Assembly (NCBI GenBank): GCA_963772765.1
Contig: CAVYYP010000013.1
Span: 560,308 to 624,307, forward strand
Source of the DNA: Candidatus Bathyarchaeota archaeon
Lineage (GTDB): Archaea; Thermoproteota; Bathyarchaeia; Bathyarchaeales; Bathyarchaeaceae
Reading direction: 5' to 3'
Length of the DNA stretch: 64,000 nt
In this document: piece by piece, positions 45,695 through 53,996 of the stretch
Numbering within the stretch: the first letter of the stretch is position 1
Layout: every line of letters begins with the position of its first letter
Notes under the pieces: model-generated
Database searches by the model: none
Seen by the model: only the letters and a program-made list of their open reading frames with translations
What the model was told of the DNA's origin: nothing
Position numbers and translations under genes: made by a program

Positions 45695-47443
45695 CTATTG
45701 CCACATGTCCTTGAAGGTTTTAGCTTCAGATGCAATCTTTTGTGCTAGCTCTATTACTTTGGCGACCTCTTCCTGAACCTTTGTAGATGCGACTGCAACC
45801 TCTTCTGTGGCTGCTGTTTGTTCTTCAATGCTTGCCGCCGTCTCTTCGGAAGCTGATGCAGACTCTTCTGAGAAGCTGGCTACCTGCTGGATTACTCCGC
45901 TCACTTCTTCTAGGTATTTTACGCTTTCCTGAACTGCTGTTTCCAGATTCTTGGTTACTCCCAAAATTTTGTCCATTGACGTTGCAAGGTTTTGTGACCC
46001 GTTCAGTGCCTCTGTTACGTTTATGTCTCCGTCTCTTGCTGCTTGGTCCGCGCTTTTGGACATTGTTCCTGCGCGCTCTCCAGCTTTTGTAATAGTATCA
46101 ATTGATTCTACAGAAGTTTTGGCTGCTGTTCCTGCTTGGCCTGCTAGCTGTTTTACTGCGTCTGCTACGACTGCGAATCCTCTTCCTGCCTCGCCTGCTC
46201 TTGCCGCTTCTATTGCCGCGTTCAGAGCCAGCATGTTAATTTGTCCGGCTATCTGCGAGATGTCGTCTGCTAGTCCTGCAACGTTTTTGACTGAAGAATT
46301 CACTTCGCCAATTGTTACTGACACGTCATTTGAGGCATCCTTGATTGCGCCTAATGACCTAAGTGCTTCTTTTCCGCTTTCACTTGTGTCTTTGGCTATT
46401 TTGTTTGATTCTGCTACTATCTTGTTTACTTCAATAGTGTTTGTGTTGACGTGGTTCATTCTTTGCATCAGAACTTGAACATTCTTTGCTGTTTCCTGAG
46501 CCAGTTTTGAGAGGTTCTGTGCTCCATCTGAAACATTCTGTGAAGCCGCCATTACCTGCTCCATCGTGTTGCTCAGTCTTTCAGATGCCTGCGAAGACTG
46601 TGCACCCATTGCGCCTATACTATCAGCGGTTGACAAAATCTGTTGCGATAGACCTGCAATGTTATCAGATACAGAAATGCTGACTTGAACCAAACTTTGA
46701 GTGCTCTCCAGCATTCCCTTAAGCTCAGAAATGTCTGTAACATATTCTACCGCACCGACTACCTTGCCTTCGCCATCAAGAAGAGGTGAACCCGTATACT
46801 TGATACTCATTTCACCATTAGCCATTGTCTCAGAAGTTGCTGGTTGCTTGGTTTTCATTGCAATAGCACAAGCACACTTGGAAGTTTTACAGTCATCAGT
46901 CTTAAACAGATCATAGCATTTTTTGCCAACAAGCTTGTCAGGAGTAGAACCTAACATGTTGGCGCCATACGTGTTGACGTAATTCACATTAAACTCCTTG
47001 TCAATGGACAAAACTGGTGTCTGAACAGCTTCAAGATACTGAACCTGTCTCTTGCTCTTCTCTGTCTCTTCTTTGAGCGATGTTATGTCAACAACGTATT
47101 CGATTGCTCCGTTAACTTTTCCCTCATTGTCATATGTTGGTGTGCCAGTCATCCAAAGATTCATGTTCTTTTTAGAAACAGTCTCCATTGAAGCCGTTTT
47201 CTTCTTTTTCATTGCCATTACACATGCACATTTGTCGGTTTTGCAGTTTGCAGTGTCAAACAGGTCATAACATTTTTTCTTACGGATAATTTTGCCTGGT
47301 GTAGAATTCAGCATTTTTGCGCCATATTCATTTATGTATGTGACATCAAAGTCTTGGTTGATTGCCACAACAGCTCCTTGGACACCTTGAAGATATTGAA
47401 GATATTTTGTCGCTGTCGTGTTTAGCATTTTGTATCTAGGCAT
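45695..47443 (-). CDS. Soluble methyl-accepting chemotaxis protein with two N-terminal Cys-motif PAS-like modules (MCP1)
   Basis: 582 aa with no hydrophobic TM segment. There are two ~115-aa modules, each with KKCYDLF.T..C.T.KCAC. The conserved signalling hairpin reads QINMLALNAAIEAARAGEAGRGFAVVADAVKQLA. Confidence 0.85.
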   Translation of the reverse strand: MPRYKMLNTTATKYLQYLQGVQGAVVAINQDFDVTYINEYGAKMLNSTPGKIIRKKKCYDLFDTANCKTDKCACVMAMKKKKTASMETVSKKNMNLWMTGTPTYDNEGKVNGAIEYVVDITSLKEETEKSKRQVQYLEAVQTPVLSIDKEFNVNYVNTYGANMLGSTPDKLVGKKCYDLFKTDDCKTSKCACAIAMKTKQPATSETMANGEMSIKYTGSPLLDGEGKVVGAVEYVTDISELKGMLESTQSLVQVSISVSDNIAGLSQQILSTADSIGAMGAQSSQASERLSNTMEQVMAASQNVSDGAQNLSKLAQETAKNVQVLMQRMNHVNTNTIEVNKIVAESNKIAKDTSESGKEALRSLGAIKDASNDVSVTIGEVNSSVKNVAGLADDISQIAGQINMLALNAAIEAARAGEAGRGFAVVADAVKQLAGQAGTAAKTSVESIDTITKAGERAGTMSKSADQAARDGDINVTEALNGSQNLATSMDKILGVTKNLETAVQESVKYLEEVSGVIQQVASFSEESASASEETAASIEEQTAATEEVAVASTKVQEEVAKVIELAQKIASEAKTFKDMWQ

Positions 47444-47586
47444 TATTCGGTTTTTCCTCCTTTATACCCAATAAAGCAAAAAAGAGGCACAAAAAAACTT
47501 TAGATTATGTGCATAGGTCTATCCGACACACAATCAAGAAAACAAAAAAGAAAGAGTGAAATCCTGTTTCACTCATTGTTTAGTGC

Positions 47587-48087
47587 TTATGCAACAGCTA
47601 TCTTTTCAACTGTCATAGGTCTTTTTGCTGGTATCTTTCCTTGTTCGGGAAGGTCTTCTTTGGAATTGTTGATTATTTTTGCCAAATCCAAGATGACTAT
47701 GAGTTTGTCTTCCTGTTTTCCAACGCCTACCACGTAGTTGTCTAGGGTCGTTGTGGTTTTCACGTAGCGGTCTATCTCTGTTCCAGGTATTGTTGTTACT
47801 TCTGTTACTGTGTCTACTACGACTCCTACTGCTGCTTTGCCCATCTCGATGACAATGATTTTTTCGCCGCCTCCTTCCATCTCTTCGATGTTAAGGCGTT
47901 TTCGTAGGTCCATTATTGTGATTATTTGTCCTCTTAGGTTTGTTACTCCTTCTACATAGCTGGGTGCTCCTGGGACTGCTGTTACCGCTTGCACGTCTCT
48001 GACTTCTCTTACTTGCTCCACTGGGACACCATAATTGACGTCTCCAATGGTGAAGTTGACTATCTGCACTTCATCAGTTACTACCAT
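47587..48087 (-). CDS. cheW: Coupling protein CheW (copy 2)
   Basis: 166 aa paralog of 45185-45685, with long stretches of near-identical nucleotide sequence. Confidence 0.9.
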   Translation of the reverse strand: MVVTDEVQIVNFTIGDVNYGVPVEQVREVRDVQAVTAVPGAPSYVEGVTNLRGQIITIMDLRKRLNIEEMEGGGEKIIVIEMGKAAVGVVVDTVTEVTTIPGTEIDRYVKTTTTLDNYVVGVGKQEDKLIVILDLAKIINNSKEDLPEQGKIPAKRPMTVEKIAVA

Positions 48088-49878
48088 TTTAGGTCAACTC
48101 TTTTAGGTTTTATAGCTGTACTTTGCTGAGTTCTTCTCGGAGCTTCTTGACGGCTTCTACAATCTGCTGAGACAACTGGGACTGCGTTAGCGCCCTCTTC
48201 CTGCACTTTCTTGGTGGCCTGCAACTTCTTCTGTGGCTGCGTCTGTTCCTCAATGCTTGCTGAAGCTTCCTCTGAGGCTGATGCAGACTCTTCTGAGAAG
48301 CTGGCTACCTGCTGGATTGCTCCATTTACTTCTTCAAGAGCTTCTACGCTCTGCTCAACAGTTGCGCCAAGGTTTTGGGTTACTCCCAAGATTTTTTCCA
48401 TAGATGAAGCCACTTGCTGAGAGCCGGTAACTGCCTCGCTGATCTTTAAGTCTCCTTCTTTAGCTGCTTGACCTGCATTCTTAGACATGCTGCCTGCCTG
48501 CTCGCCAGCTTTTGTTATGCCCTCAATAGATTCTACTGCAGTTTTGGCTGCTGTTCCTGCTTGGCCTGCTAGCTGTTTTACTGCGTCTGCTACGACTGCG
48601 AATCCTCTTCCTGCTTCTCCTGCTCTTGCTGCTTCTATTGCCGCGTTCAGAGCCAGCATGTTGACCTGTCCGGCTATCTGTGAGATGTCGTCTGCTAGTC
48701 CTGCAACGTTTTTGACTGAAGAGTTTACTTCGCCAATTGTGGTTTCCACATTTACTGACGCGCTTTTGATTTGGTTAAGTGATTCTAGTGCTTGTTTTCC
48801 GCCCTCACTGACGTTTTGTGCCAGTTTGTTTGAGCCTTCTACGATTTTGTTTACTTCGCCTGTGCCCTTGTTAACATCAGTCATTTTCTGCATAAGATTC
48901 TGAACATTTCTTGCAGTTTCCTGAGCCAGCTTTGAGAGGCTTTGTGCTCCATCTGAAACATTCTGTGATGCTGCTTGAACTTGCTGCATGCTGGTGCTTA
49001 GCCTGTCAGCTGCCTGTGCTGATTGGGTTCCCATTGCACCAATGTTTTGTGCTGCAACTAGCACCTTATCTGAAAGGCCTTCAACAGTTTGAGACACATC
49101 AGTGCTGGCTTTAACCACATTTTCTATGGTGAGCATCATTTCCTTAATTTTAGTAATATCTGCGACAAACTCTAGAGCACCAATAACTTTACCTGCCTCA
49201 TCAATCAATGGCGAACCAGTGTACTGAATGTGCATTTTGCCGTTTGATACTGTTTCTGAAGTTGCTGGCTTCTTTGTTTTCATTGCAATATCGCAAGCAC
49301 ACTTGGCTGTCTGACAGTCTGTAGTTTTGAACAGGTCGTAACATTTCTTTCCAACAATCTTATCGCTAGTTGTTCCAAGCATTTTTGCGCCAAAATCATT
49401 CATGAAAACGACATTGAAGTCGCAGTCAATCGCCACTACTGGCGTCTGGACTCCTTGAAGGTATTGGTACTTGTTGATTGCTTTTTCTAATTTCCTCTTT
49501 TACTTCTGTCAAGTCGGCAACATACTCTATTGCTCCTACGAGTTTGCCTGAACTATCAAGTAGTGGTGAGCCCGTGTAACGGATGTGCATTGTGCCGTTT
49601 GAGATTGTTTCAGAAGTTACTGCCTTTTTTGTCTTCATCGCGGTTGCACAGGCACATTTGGCTGTTCTACAGTCGCCTGTTTTGAATAAGTCATAGCATT
49701 TTTTGCCAACAAGTTTGTCGCTACTAGATTTCAGTAATTTTGCACCGAAATCGTTAATATAAGTAACGTCAAAGTCCTTGTTAATTGCCATGACTGGTGT
49801 TTGGACTCCTTCCAGATATTGGAGGTAATCATTTGATTGTTCTATATTTTGTATTGATTTTGCCATTTCATCACTCAC
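48081..49878 (-). pseudogene. Second soluble Cys-motif PAS-like MCP (MCP2); frame disrupted as sequenced
   Basis: Same architecture as MCP1. After module 1 (..RKSNQQV) the frame breaks at gg 49466-49467. Removing one base restores QYLQGVQTPVVAIDCDFN. Near the 3' end there is a compensated -1/-2 shift (48213-48250). A further shift at ggg 48178-48180, if corrected, gives QLSQQIVEAVKKLREELSKVQL* with the stop at 48110-48112. Confidence 0.8.
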
Positions 49879-50029
49879 CTAAGCCTTATATTTTTAACAA
49901 AATCTTGCGATATCGTTATTATTTTATGTACATATCACACTCGTACACACGATTCGTACAAAAGATTTGAATCTTCTATACACCAAGGTTTTTATGGAAA
50001 AACGAAATAAACAGTCAGTATTTTTGCAA

Positions 50030-50067
50030 ATATATACTAAAAAACCAAACAAAAAGCATATGCTTTT
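50030..50067 (-). terminator. Possible terminator after cheR: 16-nt palindrome followed by a T-rich tract (minus strand)
   Basis: aaaagcatatgctttt (50052-50067) is self-complementary. On the minus strand it is followed by tgtttggtttttt. Confidence 0.3.
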
Positions 50068-50104
50068 CATAAGAAATTATTGCCAAAATCTGCAAAAAAT
50101 ATAC

Positions 50105-50935
50105 TCATTTACACTTTCTATAGACCCGACAGTTAGGATTGACATCAATAAACTTCTTGCTTGCATCGCCCCCAACAAACTCTGTCTTACCACTTATCAA
50201 ATAACCGCCAGCCCTCAAAGAATCATAAAAATGCCCATAAATCTTCTGCTGAATCTCTCTTGAAAAATAGATCATAACATTCCTGCACAAAATCAAATCC
50301 AAATTACGCCTAATCGGAGGCGTCATCAAATCCTGCTCCTCAAAATGAATAATCTTCTTAACAAAAGACTTCACCCGGTAAACCTCATCTTCAAAATCAA
50401 AATACTTGCCAAGCAACTTCTCATCAACACCTTGAATCCCACGCACATCATATTCTCCACTTTCAGCTTTCGCTAATGCACTCTTGTCAAGGTCCGACGC
50501 ATAAATAGTGATTTTACTATTTTCAATCTGTTGTTTTGCAACTTCATGTATCAAAATAGCCAGAGAATAAGGCTCTTCGCCAGTGGCGCATCCTGCACTC
50601 CAGATTCTAATCCAGCTTTTCGAAGATGACAATAGTTCAGGCAGGAGCGTCTCCTTCAGAAACTGGTACACATCGGGGTCTCTGAAAAATTTTGTATAAT
50701 TGATGGTGATGTCGTTGACGAGAAGATCAAACTCGTTAGGGTTTGCCTGCAAGTACTGACCATACTCGGCATATGATTGTGTTTTTGTCACCATTAACCG
50801 CACTTTAAGGCGCCTTTTCAAGTAAGACTCGCGGTAATAGTCAAAGTTGATATTGGTACCGTCATGCATCACTTTTTTCAGTTTTTCAAAATCAGCATTA
50901 TCATTGTCTTCAGTGGCAAGTGTCATATTCATCAA
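50105..50935 (-). CDS. cheR: Chemotaxis methyltransferase CheR
   Basis: 276 aa. YTKFFRDP, IWSAGCATGEEPYSLAI, ILCRNVMIYF. Confidence 0.9.
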   Translation of the reverse strand: MMNMTLATEDNDNADFEKLKKVMHDGTNINFDYYRESYLKRRLKVRLMVTKTQSYAEYGQYLQANPNEFDLLVNDITINYTKFFRDPDVYQFLKETLLPELLSSSKSWIRIWSAGCATGEEPYSLAILIHEVAKQQIENSKITIYASDLDKSALAKAESGEYDVRGIQGVDEKLLGKYFDFEDEVYRVKSFVKKIIHFEEQDLMTPPIRRNLDLILCRNVMIYFSREIQQKIYGHFYDSLRAGGYLISGKTEFVGGDASKKFIDVNPNCRVYRKCK

Positions 50936-51045
50936 CTATCACCCACACCCATCAAACAAATCTAATACACAGCCAGATAGCAGTTATGAACTCTCAAGTC
51001 TTATTAGCAGTACGCATATTAAATGAAGACACCACGTTCAGCATA

Positions 51046-51690
51046 TCAGCAGAGCCATTCACGACTTTTATTGACCAACAACTGCTTCATCTCTTCGCTG
51101 GGAAACACCAAAATTGTTCCCGCAGCCTTGCTGCTACTTCGTTTAAAGCAACCATCAAAGATCAAAGCAACATCTGAAACTAAAGCCTGCTTTACAAGGA
51201 AACTGTCAAGTATCGCATCAAATGAACCCCTGACAAGTTGAGGCGGCATCGGAACAAGTGATATGCCCGTAAAGTCCGAGATTGCAGTAAGAAAGCCGCC
51301 TATCATGATGTTTCCGAGTTCTTCTATTGCTGAGTTTTCCATTTCTGGGTCCAGTTCCTCTGTTGGAGTCATAGTCATCATCGAAGCTATATTCTTGGAT
51401 TCTTCTAGCTCAAAAAGCAACAAAATGTCGCAGTCAGTATCGCCTGTCAACTGCATATGAATTACTGCCATAATCTGATCATGTTTGTCAAATATTTTAG
51501 GAACCAGATGCGGCTCTGAAAGATGCAATCTGGGCACTTCAACCACAATTTTCTCATTGAGCATCTCTGAGAGAGCTGTAGTTGCATTTCCGGCTCCAAT
51601 ATTTCCCAGTTCTATCAGTATATCGAGGTCTTGTTCATCTTTGTTGTTGCACTCATTTTTTGCAGTTGATTGAACTGCTTTTTCAGCCAT
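51046..51690 (-). CDS. cheC: CheC-family CheY-P phosphatase (copy 2)
   Basis: ELGNIGAGNATTALSEML plus a second ELGNIMIGGFLTA motif. 214 aa. Confidence 0.8.
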   Translation of the reverse strand: MAEKAVQSTAKNECNNKDEQDLDILIELGNIGAGNATTALSEMLNEKIVVEVPRLHLSEPHLVPKIFDKHDQIMAVIHMQLTGDTDCDILLLFELEESKNIASMMTMTPTEELDPEMENSAIEELGNIMIGGFLTAISDFTGISLVPMPPQLVRGSFDAILDSFLVKQALVSDVALIFDGCFKRSSSKAAGTILVFPSEEMKQLLVNKSREWLC

Positions 51691-51692
51691 TT

Positions 51693-52319
51693 TTATCCCA
51701 CCCAGTCCTTTGCTTTGTCTGTTAACACGTTTTGCAATTCTTTACTTGGGAACACCATTAGAATGCCGCTGATGTTGCCGTCGACACGTTTAAAATAGGT
51801 GTCAAATATTATCGCCATGTCCGAAGCAAGAGTTTGTTTTAGAAGAAAACTGGTAAGTATTGCATCAAAGGAGCTGGTTGCTCTTTCTGGAGGATTAGGC
51901 ACCAGATTCACGCCAGTAAAATCAGAGAGTGCTGCCAGGAACGAGCCTATCATGATGTTTCCGAGTTCTTCTATTGCTGAGTTTTCCATTTCTGGGTCCA
52001 GTTCCTCTGTTGGAGTCATAGTCATCATCGAAGCTATCTTTTTTGCTTCTTCGTGTTCAAAGAGCAGCAGAATGTCACATTCTGCCTCTCCTCGCAATTG
52101 CATATAAATCGCTGTTGTCTGAACATCATGTTTATTATAGAATTCGGGAACAAGATGAGGCTCCACTGTGTGAATCTTTGGCACCTCTATAGAAATCTGT
52201 TCCTGAAAAATTTCTGACAGCGACGTAGCGGCATTTCCTGCACCTATGCTTCCCAGTTCAAGAAATATTTCCAAATCTATACCTTGATTTTGTTTCTCTT
52301 TTGTTATACTCTCTGTCAT
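51693..52319 (-). CDS. cheC: CheC-family CheY-P phosphatase (copy 1)
   Basis: ELGSIGAGNAATSLSEIF plus ELGNIMIGSFLAA. 208 aa, in tandem with copy 2. Confidence 0.8.
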   Translation of the reverse strand: MTESITKEKQNQGIDLEIFLELGSIGAGNAATSLSEIFQEQISIEVPKIHTVEPHLVPEFYNKHDVQTTAIYMQLRGEAECDILLLFEHEEAKKIASMMTMTPTEELDPEMENSAIEELGNIMIGSFLAALSDFTGVNLVPNPPERATSSFDAILTSFLLKQTLASDMAIIFDTYFKRVDGNISGILMVFPSKELQNVLTDKAKDWVG

Positions 52320-52834
52320 AGTTTTATAACCTCCCCATTTCCATTTCGAACAAAAACTGAACCATCAGTAATATTGAAGACAACTTTTCTGCCATAAGTT
52401 CCCTTAACATCTTCAGCCAACAGCTTTATTCCCTTGATATCCAACGCTTCCTTGACAGCTTCAACATTTTTTTCGCCAATGTTAAGCGAATTAGCCTTCA
52501 GGCTCGGAAACATGTTCGCTCCACCAGCAATTTTTGCTGTAAGACGAGACCTGCTCTTTGCGATTTTTTCCAGGTTTTCTGTCAAGGCTGGAACTGCAGT
52601 GTCTGCATATTTTGATGGAATAGAATTCCGTTGAGTTATCTTGGAACTGGGCAGCATTATATGAGCCAGTCCACCACACTTGTTTAAGGAGTCGTGGATA
52701 CAAATTGCGACACACGACCCAACATTTGTTACCAAGACAACAGGTCGATTTTCGACTTTCATTTCAGCCATGTCGACCCGTAATTCTTCTAATTTTTGGG
52801 TTGTCGGTTTTTGGATGGTTGGAGCCGCAGACAT
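52316..52834 (-). CDS. cheD: Chemoreceptor glutamine deamidase CheD
   Basis: VGSCVAICIHD...GGLAHIMLPSS. ATG 52834 gives 172 aa. The track start (TTG 52954) adds 40 non-conserved residues. Confidence 0.8.
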   Translation of the reverse strand: MSAAPTIQKPTTQKLEELRVDMAEMKVENRPVVLVTNVGSCVAICIHDSLNKCGGLAHIMLPSSKITQRNSIPSKYADTAVPALTENLEKIAKSRSRLTAKIAGGANMFPSLKANSLNIGEKNVEAVKEALDIKGIKLLAEDVKGTYGRKVVFNITDGSVFVRNGNGEVIKL

Positions 52835-52964
52835 GTGAGATGTGAAGTGCGACTTTGCTGTTAGTGATGAATCCAGACTGCCTTGTGGCGATTTGGTCCA
52901 ATCCGCGCCTAACGTGTTAATTGGTACCAACAGTTGGCAAAGTCGTGTCCACAACTGGTTAACC

Positions 52965-53333
52965 TCAGCAATATTTGGACAAGACTTCTAGAACTTTTTG
53001 GGGTTTGAATGGTTTTGTGACGAAGTCTTTTGCTCCTGCTTTTAGGGCTTCAACGATTAGGCTTTGTTGTCCCATGGAGCTGCACATTACACATTTGGCT
53101 GCCGTGTCTTCTGACATGATTTGTTTTAGTGCCTCGATTCCGTCTTTGGCCATTGCTCCAGCGGGCATTACTATGTCCATCAGAACAAGGTCTGGTTTGT
53201 GCTGGCGATACATTACTATCGCTTCATCTCCGGACCCTGCTTCAGCAATTACGTCGTGTCCTGCTTGGAGTACGATTCGTTTTAGCACGTTTCTCATAAA
53301 TGAGGCATCGTCGGCTATTAGAACTCCTGCCAT
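52965..53333 (-). CDS. cheY: Chemotaxis response regulator CheY
   Basis: 122 aa single receiver. VLIADDASFMR, LVLMDIVMP, CSSMG, FVTKPF. Confidence 0.85.
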   Translation of the reverse strand: MAGVLIADDASFMRNVLKRIVLQAGHDVIAEAGSGDEAIVMYRQHKPDLVLMDIVMPAGAMAKDGIEALKQIMSEDTAAKCVMCSSMGQQSLIVEALKAGAKDFVTKPFKPQKVLEVLSKYC

Positions 53334-53517
53334 GTTAGTTCTCTCCTAAGCCGCGCTTTTGGCTTGTGTTTCTTAGGCTTTTCATTAGGTTCCCACCAAT
53401 TTTGTTTTAATCGTGAATAAGGAATAAAAATATTATGTCTTAAGATACCCTATTATTGAACTTTATGACTGAACCCTATGTTCAATCAAGTTTTTGTAAC
53501 GCTCAACTTCGTACGCA

Positions 53518-53934
53518 CTAAATGACGTAACGGCGAACTTTGCTGTTCATCTGCTGCCGCACCCAGCTCTCACTAAAAAGAGACCATTTAAACACATTAT
53601 TTTCAGCCTGCAACACAAGCAAAAGGTCAGAATCATCAAGCTTGGTGTATTCTATCAAGGTATCATACATTTTCTGGGAGATGTCAAAGTCCAAATCAAG
53701 CAGCTGATTGTCGCTCAATCTTTTGGCACGGAAAACTGCGTTGTAAGCCTTTTTTGCTTCAGAATAATGGACATTCACTTTGTCAACATGATACAAGTTG
53801 TCTTCGTATTTCAAAATGACATGACGAGAATTCTGTGACCTTGTTTCTAGCTTGTGACTCACGTGAATCGATGCCACCCACATCAATTGCATACATGCAA
53901 TCACAGTTAAAGGGTATTTCCATATTCGATACAT
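53518..53934 (-). CDS. Hypothetical protein inside the che operon (between cheA and cheY)
   Basis: 138-aa ORF on the che strand, 62 nt after the cheA stop. I recognised no motif. The start codon is uncertain. Confidence 0.4.
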   Translation of the reverse strand: MYRIWKYPLTVIACMQLMWVASIHVSHKLETRSQNSRHVILKYEDNLYHVDKVNVHYSEAKKAYNAVFRAKRLSDNQLLDLDFDISQKMYDTLIEYTKLDDSDLLLVLQAENNVFKWSLFSESWVRQQMNSKVRRYVI

Positions 53935-53996
53935 CCCAAAAATACTAGTTTTGTAACGAAAAGTCAGCGTTTTTAGCCTGCAGATGCTTGTTGAGC

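Noticed and set aside
45951-46478. 175-aa plus-strand ORF, with a similar one at 48487-48903, antisense to the MCP signalling domains.
   Set aside because: These are mirror-frame ORFs typical of Ala/Ser/Thr-rich coiled-coil coding sequence. The opposite strand encodes the strongly conserved MCP hairpin.
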